This document shows positions 21,990-35,300 of a stretch of DNA of 64,000 bases, one piece after another. Source of the stretch: Malacoraja senta (Eukaryota); assembly GCA_038087875.1 (NCBI GenBank), contig CM075994.1:1116001-1180000 (forward strand), in the 5' to 3' direction. The notes beneath the pieces were generated by a model. It was not told where the DNA came from. It saw nothing but the letters and a program-made list of their open reading frames with translations, and made no database searches. Numbering within the stretch: the stretch's first letter is position 1; the number at the start of each line of letters is the position of its first letter. The translations under genes and the position numbers were made by a program.

Positions 21990-24630
21990 ATCCGACCTAG
22001 TCAACTCTCCATTCGAAAAGACAGACAGGTGCGCAGAGGAGGTAAGGTAGCTCTATTGGTGAGGAATGAAATTCAGTCCCTTGCAAGGGGTGACATTGAA
22101 ACAGGAGATGTGGAGTCAGTATGGATAGAACTAAGGAATTGTAAGCATATCCTAATTGTAAAAATACCCTAATGGGACTTATCTACAGGCCCCCAAACAA
22201 TAGCCTGGATATAGGGTGCAAGTTGAATCAAGAGTTAAAATTGACATGTAGTAAAGGTAATGCTATGAGAGATTTCAACATGCAGGTGGACTGGGAAAAC
22301 CAGATTGGTATTGGACCCCAAGAAAGGGAGTTTGTGGAGTGCCTTCGTGATGGATTCTTTGAGCAGCTTGTATTGGAGCCCACCAGAGAAAAGGCAATTC
22401 TGGATTTAGCGTTATGTAATTAACCGGATTTGATAAAGGAACTTGAGGTTAAGGAGCCATTAGGAGGTAGTGACCATAATATTGTCAGGTTTAATCTACA
22501 ATTCGAGAGGGACAAGGGTAGATCGGAGGTGTCAGTGTTACAGTTGAATAAAGCGGACTATGGAGCCATGAGGGAGGAGCTGGCCAACAGCATAAAATAA
22601 AAGACAAGAAGTACAAGATAGCAAAGATGAGCGGGAAGCAAGAGGATTGGATAATGTTTAAACAGCAACAATAAAATACAATACAATACAATACGGTTTT
22701 ATTCGTCACATTGCACATATAGTGCAAGTGAAATGAATTTCACAGAAGGTAACTAAAATCACAATACGGGGAGAAAGATGAGGTACGAAGGTAAGCTAGC
22801 CAAGAATATAAAGGAGGATAGTAAAAGCTTCTTTAGGTGTGTGAACTGGAAAAAATTAGTTAACACCTAAGTTGGGCCCTTGAAGACTGAAAAATGTGAA
22901 TTTATTATGGGGTACAAGGAAATGGCAGATGAATTGAACAGATACTTTGGATCCGTCTTCACTAAGGAGGACACAAACAATCTTCTTGATATAGTAGTGG
23001 CCGGAGGAACTGAAGAAAATCCACATTAGGCAGGAAATGATGTTGGGTAGACCGATGGGACTGAATGATCTGCATCCCAGGGTACGTAAGGAAATGGCTC
23101 TAAAAATCGTGGCTGCATTGGTGATAATTTTCCAATGTTCTATAGATTCAGGAGGAGTTCCTCTGGATTGGAGGGTAGCTAATGTTATCCCACTTTTTAA
23201 GAAAGGCGGGAGAGAGAAAACAGGAAATTATAGACCAGTTAGCCTGACATCGGTGGTGGGGAAGATGCTGGAGTCAATTATAAAAGATGACATAGCGGCA
23301 CATTTGGATAGCAGTAACAGGATCGGGCCGAGTTAGCATGGATTTACGAAGGAGAAGTCATGCTTGACTAATCCTCTGGAATTTTTTGAAGATGTAACTA
23401 GGAAAACGGACAAGGGAGAGCCAGTGGATGCAGTGTACCTGGACTTTCAGAAAGCATTTGATAAGGTCCCACATTCGAGATTAGTGGGCAAGATTAAGGC
23501 ACATGATATTGGGGGTAGAGTGGTGACATGGATAGAAAATTGGTTGGCAGACAGGAAACTAAGAGTGGGGATTAACGGGTCCCTATCAGAATGGCAGGCA
23601 GTGAAGCGTGGAGTACCGCTAGGTTCGGTGCTGGGACCGCAGCTATTTACAAAATACTTCAATTATTTGGATGAAGGGATTCAAAGTAACATTAGCAAAT
23701 TTGCAGATGACACAAAGCTGGGTGGCAGTATGAACTGTGAGGAGGATGCTATGAGGATGCAGGGTGACTTGGACAGGTTGGGGAGTGTGCAGATGCATGG
23801 CAGATGGAGATTAATGTGGATAAATGTGAGGTTATCCACTTTGGTATAAATCACAGGAAGGCAGATTACAATCTAAATTGCGTCAAATTGAGAAAAGGGG
23901 AAGTACAACGGGACCTTTGGGTCCTTGTCCATCAGTCTATGAAAGTAAGCATGCAGATACAGCAGGCAGTGAAGAAAGCCAATAGCATGTTGGCATTTAT
24001 AACATGACTAATCGAGTATAGGAGCTAAGAGGTTCTTCTGCAGTTATACAGAGCCCAGTGAGACTACACCTGGAGCATTGTGCGCAGTTTTGATCCCCTA
24101 ATTTGAGGAAGAACATTCTTGCGATTTGGGGAGTGCATGGTTGGTTTGCGAGGTTAATTCCCGGGATGGTGGGACTGTCATATGCTGAGAGAATGGAGCA
24201 GCTGGGCTTGTACACTCTGGAGTTGAGAAGGATGAGAGGGGATCTGATTGTAACATATAAGATTGTCATGGGTTTGGGCACGCTAGAGGCCGGAAACATG
24301 TTCCCGATGTTGGGGGAGTCCAGAAGCAGGGGCCCCAGTTTAAGAATAAGGGGTAAGCCATTTAGAACGGAGATGACAAAACTCTTTTTCTCACAGACAG
24401 ATGGGAGTCTGGAATTCTTTGCCTCAGAGGGCGATGGAGGCCGGTTCTCTGGATACTTTCAAGAGAGAGCTAGATAGGGTTCTTAAATATAGCAGAGTCA
24501 GGGGATATGAGGAGAAGGCAGGAACGGGGTACTGCTTGGGGATGATCAGTCATGATCACATTGAATGGCGGTGCTGGCTCGAAGGGCCGAATGGCCCACT
24601 TCTGCACCTATTGTCTATATTCTATTGTCT
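21990..24630 (+). mobile_element. CR1 LINE, 5'-truncated and degenerate (EN-RT plus 3' tail), with a short (GTATT)n-tailed retroposon insert at about 22673-22745
   Basis: IYRPPN, DWRVANVIPLFKKG, NYRPVSLTSVVGK, YLDFQKAFDKVPH, FADDTKLGG; CR1 tail at 24575-24630. Confidence 0.9.
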
Positions 24631-25177
24631 CCACCATTATCCTCTACCTCCTGTTCCCAAGTAAATTCGAATTAATTTCCCAACTCTGGATCCCATTGAC
24701 TCTCAACATTTCGACCACCCTCCTCTGTAAGACCTTGACCGAAGTCCATGCCCTCATGAATGCGCTTTATTATCACTTTGGACAAATCAATCAGATGTCC
24801 AGAAAATCGTGAGAAGTATAAATAAGTTAGATGCACAGTATCTCTTGCCCAGATTAGGGGTATCGAGGAACAGAGAATATTGGTTCAAGGTGAAGGGGGA
24901 AATATTTAACAGGAATCAGAGGGATTACTTTTTCACACAAATGGTGTGGGTGAATGGAAATAGTTGCCAGGGGAGGTAGTTGATGCTGGGACTACCCTTA
25001 CATTTAAGAAAGAGTCTCCATGTTCGGTTAGTGCGAATTAATTGTTTCCCTCCGAACGTTTACTATGAACGCCCGTGCCCACTGATATTATATTCACTGC
25101 TCTGCAATGACTTTCCTCTCGTCTGCTGCTCTTCCTGACTAACGATTCTTTCTACCCGTCATGCGGAATTTTATCAG

Positions 25178-25473
25178 TGTTTAGTTTAGTTTAGAGATAC
25201 AGAGCGGAAACAGGTCATTCGACCAACTGAGTCCGCGCCTACCAGCGGTTAACACTATCCTACACGCACTAGGCACAAATTACAACATTACCAAAGCCAA
25301 TTAACCTGAAAACCTGCACGTATTTGCAATTTGGGAGGAAACCGGAGCGCCCTCAGAAAACCCACGCGGTCACAGGGAGGACGTGCAAACTCCGTACAGT
25401 CAGCACCCGTGGTCAGGATGGAACCCGGGTCTACGGCACTGTAAGTAGCTTTGCCAGCTGCTCCACCGTGCCG
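25178..25473 (-). mobile_element. tRNA-derived SINE (HE1/V-SINE-like). Other copies at about 25598-25830(+), 32380-32672(-), 34189-34481(+), 35229-35540(-), 35990-36232(-), 38935-39222(+), 41877-42178(+), 45600-45903(-) and 47782-48005(-)
   Basis: tRNA-like head with B-box (CCCGGGTTCGATCC-like), conserved core GGGTTTTCTCCGGGTGCTCCGGTTTCCTCCCACA, LINE-like tail GGGCCGAAGGGCCTGTTTCC and (CTAAA)n end. Confidence 0.8.
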
Positions 25474-25869
25474 TACCACTAGTAGCAAATTAAGATGTTT
25501 ATCAGGCCTCCAATAATGTTCAACAATGCCGCCCCCCCCCCCCCCCCAGCAACAAGGGGCACATCTCAGGCGTGCCTGGGGGTTTATCCACATTTAAGGG
25601 TGAGACAATGGCGTAGTTGGCAGCGCTGCTGCCGAGACCGGGGTTCGATTCTGACCTCACGTGCTGCCTGTGTGGAGTTTGCATTTCCCCCTGTGACCGC
25701 GTGGTTTTCCAACGGGTGCTCCGGGTTCCTCCCACATCCCAAAGACGATGCGGTTATTGGCCTCTGTAAAATTGCCGCAAATATGCAGGGAGTGGAAGCG
25801 AAAGTTGGATAACATAGAACTAATGGACGGATGTCGATGAACTGAGCTAAATTTGCTCTGTTGAAAGAG

Positions 25870-27125
25870 CTAATAACCTGTCCATTATTTATTATATGTT
25901 CCACGCTTCACCAACCCCTCTCCAGATTCCCCATGCTATTCTCCAGAGTGAATACAAATTGAAAGTACTACTGTATTAATACCTGCAATCCTGGAAAACC
26001 ATCTACGTCGTGAATGTCCAAATCTCGATGTCGACAGCGGTTCAAGAAAGCGGACAAAGCTACCTACCACCTCTCAATGGGAGTTGATGCAGAAGGCTGT
26101 GGGGTTATGTCATGGAGGTATATGAAATCACGAGGGGCCTAGATAGGGTGAATGCACAAAGTATTTTCCCAGGGACTGGGATTCAAAAACTAGAGAATAT
26201 TCGTTTGTGAGAGAGAGAGGAACATGACGAGTGACTTTTTTTGTGTAGAGAATGCTGAGAAAATAGAATGAGGTGCCAGAGTAAGTGGTTGAAGCAGGTA
26301 CTGTAAGGCATCAAATGGACATTTGGACCATTACATTAGTAAGAAATGTTAAAGATGATATGGGCCAAACGGAGGCAAATGGGAACATATTAGATGGAGT
26401 AGGTGGGAAGGAACTGCAGATGCTACTTTATACCGAAGATAGACACAAAAAACTGGAGTAACTCAGCGGGACAGGCAGCATCACTGGGGAGATGGAATGG
26501 GTGAAGAAGGGTCTCGTCCCGAAACGTCACCCATTCCTTCTATCCAGAGATGCTGCCTGTCCCGCTGAGTTACTCCATCATTTGTGTCAATCTTAGATGG
26601 AGTATCTGGAGTATCTGGCGGTATCTATAAACTCAACTTACTTCGTAAAAAATCTAATAACCTGACCGTTATTAATGAAATGTTCCACGTTCACCGCCCC
26701 CCTGTCCAGATCCCGTAACTACCATGCCGTTCTCCAAAGTGAATTCAGATTGAAAGTATTAATTTATTAATACCGTTGCTCGAATCCTGAAACGCCCTCC
26801 CTAAAAAGTCGTGGGTGTATCCAAACCTCAGTCCCTGCAACTGTTCAAGAAAGCAGAAAAAAGCTACCCACCACCACTCCATGGTAATTGGTAAAGAAGG
26901 CTGATGGGTGATGTTATGGAAGCATACACATTCATGAGGGACCAAGTTAAGGTGATTGCTCAAAGCCTTTTCCCCAGGGCCTGGGAATCAAAAACAAGAC
27001 GGCGATCGGTTAACGTGAGAGAGGATGTAATGGGAACAAGACAGGCTACCTTTTACACATGAAAAGGTGAGAACATGGAATGAGGTGCCAGAGGAAATGG
27101 TAGCGGTAGGCAATGTACGCCATTG
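25870..27125 (+). repeat. Old local tandem duplication (about 25870-26310 vs 26653-27125)
   Basis: CTAATAACCTG...ATGTTCCACG..CCAGA..GTGAAT.CA.ATTGAAAGTA..TATTAATACC is collinear in both copies, including a downstream CR1 remnant. Confidence 0.7.
26402..26592. mobile_element. Fold-back Penelope-derived mini-element with central hammerhead-like core and 12-bp TSD
   Basis: TSD TTAGATGGAGTA at 26390-26401 and 26593-26604. Inverted arms about 26430-26504 and 26526-26594. Centre TGAAGAAGGGTCTCGTCCCGAAACGTC. Confidence 0.8.
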
Positions 27126-27159
27126 AATAAAACTTGAATACATTATGAATAAATTAGAA

Positions 27160-29600
27160 TAAATTTTATTTGCCAATTATATATACATACAAGGAATTTG
27201 CGTTGGTGCTTTACCCGCAAGGATAAAAACAAAACATTTTAATTTAAGCATATGAAATAAAATACCCGAGCAAAAAAAGTTACAGGCTTTTGGATGTGGG
27301 CTACTGCTCGTGGAAAAAAAGCTGTTTTCATGTCTGGCTGTAACAGCTTTGATAGTCCAGAGGGAAGTACTTCAACGAGTTTGTGGCCTGGGTGAGAGGG
27401 GTCAGAGATGATATTACCCGCTCGCTTACTGGCCCTTGCAGTGTACAATTCATCAATAGGGGGAAGGTTGCAGCCAACAAATTTCTCAGCAGATGGAACC
27501 ATGTGCTGCAGCCTCCGGATGTCGTGCTTGGTGGCCGAGCCAAACCAGACCATGATGCAGAAGGCGAGGACAGACTCTATTGTGGTAGTGTAAAACTGGA
27601 CCATCATTTCCTGTGGCAGGTTGTGTTTTCTCAGCTGCCGCAGGATGTACATTCTTTGTTGGACTTTTCGAATGTGGAGTCGATGGTGGCCTCTCATTTA
27701 AGGTCCATGGAGATGATGGTTCCAAGGAACATAAATGACTCCGCAGTTCTGACGGTAGTGTTGTTGATGGTAAGCGAAGGGAGGGGAGAGGGAGCGCTCC
27801 AAAAGTCTACAATCAATTCCAGTCTGAGGAGCATTGAGCTCCAGATTGTTACGATGGCGCCAGGCCGCCAGCTGTGCCACTTCCTGTCAGTAGGCAGATT
27901 CCGCCCCATCCTGGATCAGTCCAATCAGCGTTGTGTCGTCCGCAAACTTGAGAAACTTGACAGAAGAGTTTGTGGAGGTGCATTCAAGTTCCAGTTCAAG
28001 TTCAAGTCCACATTTACTGCCGCATGCATGAAATAATGTACAGTGGGAATTGATTTGCCATGCAGCCATACAATAAAAAAGAACACAGTACACAATAAAA
28101 TATAACATGAACATCCACCACAGTGGAATCAACATTCTTCACTTTGATGGAAGGCAATAACGTTCAGCCAGTCCTCCTTTGTCCACCCGTGGTCGGGTCC
28201 ATGAACCCTCCGAAGTTGCCGCTACGGACGGCCCGATTTATAGGCCCTCTTGTCGGAATGCTCGAAACTCCGACGTCGGGACGGACGAACACACCGCGGC
28301 TTGGAGGTTCCGAATCGACCGCTTCCTACTGGAGTCCGCATCTTCACAATGTTTTAGGCCGCAGGCCGGCGGTCGGAGCTCTTCTCCGGCGATCCCCGGC
28401 AAGGGATCTCCCCGTTACGCGATGGAAAGTCCGCACTACGTCCGCTGCTGAAGCTCTGGGCCCGACTCCGGTACAGGCAGCACCAGTCCAAGTTGTTAGG
28501 CCGCGAGGGAGGCGAAGATGCGACATGGAGAAATGTCACATCTCCGTCAAGGTAAGTGACTACAAAACAGTTTCCCCCTATTCCCCCCACCACCACCACA
28601 CTAAAACATACTTTTAAACATACTCAAAACAAAAAAAATCTAGAGGGCGGACAGCTGCTGGCGAGGCTGCCGGATGGTACCAGTCATTAGTGCCATCCGA
28701 TGGTACCAGTCATTAGTGTAGAGAGACTAAAGGAGAGGGGAGGTGCTCCTATGGTGAAGGTCAGCGGATCCGAAATGTACTTTCCCAGCCTCACATGCTG
28801 GTTCCAGTCTGTCAGGAAGTTGGCGATCCACTGATATAGGGGTTCAGGCACAGCCAGCTGGGAGACTTTTGAGTGCAGTAGCTCTGGCAAAATGGTGGCG
28901 AATGCAAAGCTAAAATCCACAAACAGAATCTTTGCATATGTCCCCTGGCGGTCTAGGTGCTGGAGGATGAAGTGCAGGCCCAGATGGACTGCGGCATCCA
29001 CTGATCGATTGGCCCTCTATGCAAACTGCTGGGGTCCAGTAGGCGGTTTGTGATACTTTTCAGGTGGGGCAGCACGTCTTTAGAGGGTTTTCATGACTAC
29101 AGATGTAAGTGCAACCGGTCTGTAGTCATTAAGGGTATTAATCCATGACTTTTGGGGTACAGCAACAATAGTGGAAACTTTGAAGCAGGCAGGGACAATT
29201 CAGGTTTGCATGGACTGATTGGAAATGTTTGTGAAGACTGGTGCCAATTGTTCGGCACAGAACCTGAGGATAGAGGGGGAAACATTGTCCGGTCCCGGTG
29301 TTTTCCGGCTTTTCTGTCACCTGAAAAGCTTTTCCACCTCCTCAATTTCTATTGTTAGCGATGGGGAAGTTACCAGACTGGTGTTGGGCGGCAATGAGGG
29401 TGTGCGTAGTGGAGGAGGGCCCTGTCTTTGCAAACTGGAGTCAGGCTGTAAGTAGGTGTAAAGTGGTGTATGGGGAGGAGTGGGTGGGGAAGGGTCCAGT
29501 CTTTGCAGATTGGAGTCAGTCTGTGAGTAGGTGTGAAGTGATGAATGGGGAGGACTGGTGGTGGAGGGGGGTGCGGGGGGGAGGGGCCGGGGCAACGGGG
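27160..29600 (-). mobile_element. Rex1/Babar-type LINE RT fragment, split by a nested non-autonomous retroposon (about 27983-28680)
   Basis: Minus-strand LHFILQHLDRQGTYAKILFVDFS, KFADDTTLIGLIQDG, KVQQRMYILRQLRK and IISDPSHPGH. The nested insert has a (CTTGAA)n-type tail. Confidence 0.8.
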
Positions 29601-29621
29601 TTGGGTTTCTGTCTTTCAAAG

Positions 29622-30600
29622 CTGCCGTAGAACCCGTTCACATCACATCAGAAATGATCATTCAAAAGCTGCAGAGACACATTTCCACATTCGGCGCACC
29701 AGTCCGTCTGCAAACTGACAACGGAAGACAATTTACCAGCCACGCATTCAAAGACTTTGCCAACCGAAGGAACTTCCACCATGTCACGAGCAGCCCCGAG
29801 TACCCTCAAAATAACGGGCTCGTCAGAAGCGCAAAACAGCTGATGGAACGCTCCCACCTGGCCAAGTCAGATGTTTATCTAGACCTTCTAAACCTCAGAA
29901 ACATCTCCAGAGACGGAGTCCTGGGCTCACCAGCCTAACGCCTGATGTCTAGAATAACGCGACCTCCGATACCAATTGCCCAGCAGAAGCTGGTGCCACA
30001 GGTCTTTAGGCCAGCCGCGGTCCTGAAGCGCGTCCAGGAGAAACACAACATCCAGAAACGATCATATGACAAGTCCAGCAAACCGCTGAAACCGCTACTG
30101 CGGGGCCAAGTCGTCCGCTTGCAAACTACTATGGGACATACCCGTCTAGGTTTCGTTGTTGGCCCGTCTAAGGAACCCCGCTCCTACCTTGTCGACGTCG
30201 ATGGTGCCCTGTACAGAGGGAGCCGCCAACACTTGCTGTTTGTAAAGGAACCCCGTCCCCACCAGCCGATCCCTTTGCTCCACCTCTGATGTTCAAGCCG
30301 TCTGCTGCTGCTGCCATCACTAGTCCCAGCATGTCCCGTTCACCGCCGCGACCCGCGCCTCTGTCTAACAACAACACTACCTCTCCCGGTCGCCTCAAGT
30401 GTCATGTGAACCAATCATTGTAGAGTAGCATCACTAACCCCACCCGCATATATGCTGTATATTAACACCCACTTCCTACACTAGGTGATCCTGGAAGCGG
30501 CGATGATGAACTAGCAACTAACAACCTGCTGTATCGCTATACTATGTGTTACAATTAAAGATGACTTTAAACTCCAGGCTGTGTAACGTAATCATTTACA
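29622..30600 (+). mobile_element. Second Gypsy relic: integrase C-terminal part plus possible 3' LTR (about 30400-30600)
   Basis: FGAPVRLQTDNGRQFTS..HVTSSPEYPQNNG, LGSPA*RLMSR and PRSYLV. A TG...CA-bounded 200-bp segment with ATTAAA follows; the LTR call is tentative. Confidence 0.7.
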
Positions 30601-30839
30601 GACCAGTTGGAAGAAGGGCATGTTTCCCGCTGTATGACTTCACGACCCAATCACCGGTTCATAGTGTGAACCACCAAAGTGGGAAACTGAGATTAGTGTA
30701 GATGGGATAAAAGAGGGACGTAGATTTTTGGAGGGAAGGGCTCTTACCTGTACAAGGTAGTACACAGCGAATTTCCAAAAAATCGGCTTTAAGTGTCGAA
30801 GAGGTCAGGAGGACACATTAATGGCAACAATGCTGAATA

Positions 30840-31210
30840 TCAATGCAGTATCATCAAATACCCACACCATCCTGGCCACACACTCACCTCCCTGCTACCT
30901 TCAGGTAGAGAGTACAGGAGCCTGAAAACTGCAACGACCATGTTCAGGAATAGCTACTTCCCCACAGCCATCAGGCCATTAAACCTGGCGCGGACAAAAC
31001 TCTGATCATTAATAACCCATTATCTGTTATTTGCACTTGATCAGTTTATTTATTCATGTGTGTATATATTTATATAATGGTATATGGACACACTGATTTG
31101 TTTTGTAGTCAATGCCTACTATGTTCTGTTGTGCTGAAGCAAAGCAAGAATGTCATTGTCGTATCAGGGACACATGACAATAAACTCACTTGAACTTGAA
31201 CTTCAACTTG
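30840..31210 (+). mobile_element. Rex-type LINE 3' end
   Basis: SIIKYPHHPGHTLTSLLPSGREYRSL...FRNSYFPTAIR, AATAAA and (CTTGAA)n tail. Confidence 0.7.
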
Positions 31211-31435
31211 TACAAGATTGAACTATCAGCTCCTTATGCCAAAACACAATGAAGTTAAACGATGTGTTGTCCCACACATTACAGATGGGATCAGAAATTA
31301 CAGTAAGACCTTGACGAGCTGGTGAAAAGGGAGGAGGATGAGAAAACAGGATGTAATAAAATAACCCGAATACAACATCACTTTGAAATGAATTGTGGTT
31401 TCACTGAGACTTTGAAAGTGCTTTACTGAATTAGA

Positions 31436-32322
31436 CTAGAACCGGCATGGACCCCTAACCAGGTTTTTTAATTCTTCCCTGAATTTCGTCTGTGACACGG
31501 CGTAAATAAACGTGTTGGTGCACGCACTCAGGCACCTCAGCATGTATCCGGACTGTTCTGCAACGGTAAAAGGGTCGTCGTAATCTGTTGTTAAAAACTG
31601 AACGTCTAGGAAGTGTACGATAATGAAACACGCGGATAATACCATCCACAGTAGGACGAAACTGCCGGATACGGCCAGCAATAGAATGATGGATTTCCTT
31701 CTATTCTCCAGCTCTTCATCTGCGCCGCTCTCGTCCTTCTTGTTGGCTCGGAGACCGCTCCTCACTCTGTTGGCGCCTATAATGTGTCTGATTGTCAGGG
31801 CGTTGAGGAGCATGATCAATAAAAATGGTGTAAATGGGGTTAAAATAGTTTCGAACGACCAAAATGCTACCCATAATGGCGAGGTGTAGAAGTCTGGAGT
31901 TACGCCACAGGACCAAGCCACGTTGTCAATGATTTCTCGTGGTGCGTAGATAAAATACATTGGGATATTTTCAATAACACTCAGGGAACACACCACTGCT
32001 ATCACCAAAGTCGCCGTTTTCTCAGTGCAATATCTTCCTCGTAACTTTGGACAACAAATAGCAACAAATCGATCGAAGGTGAAAGTTACCGTTAGCCAGA
32101 CAGAGCAATCAATGGACATAAAAAGCAGGGTCAAGTTGACGCTACAAACGGGAGTTAAGTTCAGAAATGAATTGGGGAAATAGCCATCTTTAATCTCGTA
32201 GAGAATTACCTCGAAAATCAGAACCATTAAATCACCCACGGCCATGGATACCAGGTAGCGGGTGATACATTTGGAGAGACCGCACTTTCCTCGGGAGAGA
32301 ATGAGGATTGCCACCATGTTAG
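31436..32322 (-). CDS. GPR139-like orphan class A GPCR, coding exon 2 (end of TM1 through TM7)
   Basis: Acceptor TTCTACAG|CT AAC ATG at 32322/32323. Hydrophobic helices with MAVGDL (TM2), TFDRFVAICC (DRY equivalent), ENRRKSIILL and CTNTFIY (NPxxY variant). Stop at 31436-31438; no disruptions. Confidence 0.9.
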
Positions 32323-35300
32323 CTGTAGAAAAGACGAAATTAAAATGACTTTACTATCGGTCTTTGGTCTTGCAGGAAGTTTACTTTCGACATACAGCTT
32401 GGAAACGGGACCTTGGGCCCACCGAGTCCTCGCCGACCAACGATCACCGGTTCACAGTAGTTCTATCCGACACACTAGAGCCAATTTACAGAAGCCAATT
32501 AATCTACAGACCTGCACGTTTTGGGGTTCCGAGAGGAAACCAGAACACCCGGAGAAAATCCATGCGATCACAGAGGAAAAGTACAAACTCCGTACAGACG
32601 GAGCAGTCAGGATGGAACCCGGGTCTCTTGCACTGTAAAGCAGCAATCCTACCGCTACGCTACCGTGCCGCCGAAGTTAATCTGACAGTTTTTGCGAAAA
32701 GGATAAGTTTTGGACCAAATATCGCTTTGCCATACGATCCAACAGATAACGTATGAACATTGATCACTGTACTTTTAACTAATACCCCCCTTCCCCCTCT
32801 CTCTTGTACTCCGCTACAACCACGTGCCCACCCATTTATCATTCAATTCGCCCACTATCCCGCCCCTCTTACCAACTCCGTTCCTCTCTCACCCCACCTA
32901 TATCCCTCTCACTGGCTTTACACTTCACCTATAGTCCGCTATGCTGCTCATACTTTCTTGGACCCGTATCCGGTCATTCTATCCATTCAATCTACTGCGC
33001 CATTGAATCACGGTGGATCTATCTTTCCCTCTCATAGAAACATATAAACTATATGCAGGAGTAGGCCTTTCGGCCATTCTAGCCAGCACCGCCATTCAAT
33101 GTGATCCTGACTGATCATCCACAATTAGTATTCAATTTCTGCCTTCTCCCCATATCCCTTGTTTAGAGCTCGATCCCATTCAACCCAATGCTCCTGCTTT
33201 CGGCCCGTCATCCCGAATTCCGCCTTAAAAAATAGTAATTGTCTTGGCCTACACAGCCGACGGTGGCAATGAATTCCACAGATTCACCACCCCCAGACTA
33301 AAGGTATTCCTCCGCTCCTTGCTTCTAAAGGCACGTCCTGTTTTTCGGAGCCTGTGGCCTTGATTATCGTTGTTTTCTGCAAACGTCCATACATCTGCCC
33401 TTCCCCTACCCCTGACTCTCAGAAGAAGGATCTCGACCAAAACGTCACGTAATCTTTTTCTCCAGAGATGCTGCCTGACCTGCTGAATCATCCACAATTT
33501 TGTGTCGGTCCTCGTATCTCACTTTGTGTTATAACCTAATCAGGTCTGTAGCATATTGTGCATTGTGATTCTTATGTCATTGACCAGAGCGAAATGTGGA
33601 GCGCCAAGAAAGGCGACATTTTGTAACCACTCTCCAGCACCGCGCCTTGCGGTATAACACTTCTGTCACTTCACAAGCAAATACGCTTTGTTGATAAAAT
33701 GCAGTTAAAATGTGCTCCGGGTCAAATGTCAGGGAGTTATGGTGTCACACGACAACGAAACAAGCCCATCGGCCTCACTCGTCTATGCCAACCAAGATAC
33801 TCCATATGAGCTAGTCCCACGCCTGCGTTTGGCCTATGTTCATCTATTAATTACCTATGCATGTACCTGTCCAAATGTATTTTAAATGTTCTTATTGTAC
33901 CTCCCTCAACAACTTCCTCTGGTAGCTCATTCGATCCTCTGAGTGAAAAAATCCCCTTAAGGTCTTTTTAACTCATTCACCTCTCACCTTAAAGCGAGGT
34001 CTTCTGTTTTTTTTGTTCCCATACCGTGGGAAAATAAACTGCATATTCATCCTATAAATTCCGTTACATGAGACGAGAATCCGTCCGTAATGAGTTGTCA
34101 AAGTGTCTGCCGAAATATGCTTTTCCATCCATGAATAATCCTAAACCTTGTCCCTGGTGTATTTCAAGATGCCCCAAATCTAATTACGGGCGGCAGAGCT
34201 TTAGAGTTGCTGCCTTACAGCGCCAGGGAACCGGGTTATATCGTGTCGTATGGCGTTTGTACCTTCTCCCCCTGACCTGCGTGAGTTTTCTCCGGGACCT
34301 CCGGTCTCCTCCCACACTCCAAAGACTTGCGGTTTGCAAGTTAATTTGGCTTCGGTAAAGATTGCAATGTGTCCCTGGTGCGTAGGATAACGCTAGTGTA
34401 CGGTGTGATCAATGATCGGCGCGGGTTCGGTGGACCGAACGGCCGGTATCCGTGCTGTATGTCTAAACTACACTAAACTAAGCCTCGATAAATGAGAGCG
34501 CGAGTTTTAGAATGAAAGGGGGGGGGGTCTCTAGTCATGCGTCTATCGGAAGAGTCAATGGGAATAGATTGGCGAAATTGTACATTCATGGGGTTCTTGA
34601 GGGCGGTGGTGGAACGTGGAAGGATAATGTCATTCTATTTTCTTACTGCCAAAGATTTCCCGCCGAAACCCCCACAAAATATCCGGCTAATAAAGCTAAT
34701 TCATGGGGATTGTCGCTCGCCCACTGAATTGGTTCTGTCCTTAGATGCCCCGACTTACCAAGTGTACCGCCAGATCACTTATTCCAAGAGCTACGTGAAC
34801 AAACCCGGGAAAAACACAAAATGTTGGAGCAACTCAGCGGGGCAGGCAGCATCCCTGGATAGAAGGAATCGATGATGCCTCGGGACAAGACGCATCCTCA
34901 GACTGTGCAATATGCAGGGGGGTCGATCCGGAGTGTCATCCTTTCCTTCTATCCAGGGTTGCTGCCTCTGCACCTGTTGATCCAGAATGTTGTGTCTTTA
35001 TCCGGTGTAAGCCGGCATCTGCAGTTCCTTCTTGTACAAACCGTGGACTCTAAATATTCTACGAGACACGAGACACTGCAGATCCAAGTACGCGACTGCA
35101 GAACGGGACGTTGAGCGAAGTACAAAGTGTTGCATGGACTCAACAGGCAGGCAGCTTTTGTGGAGGGAAATGGAGAGACGATGTTTCGGGTCTGGACACT
35201 TCTTCAAACTAATGATGTTTTATCAGCTTAGTTTAGTTTTGTTTGGAGCTAGAGCGCGGAAACAGGCCTTTCGGCCCACCGAGTCGCCGCCGTCCAGCGA

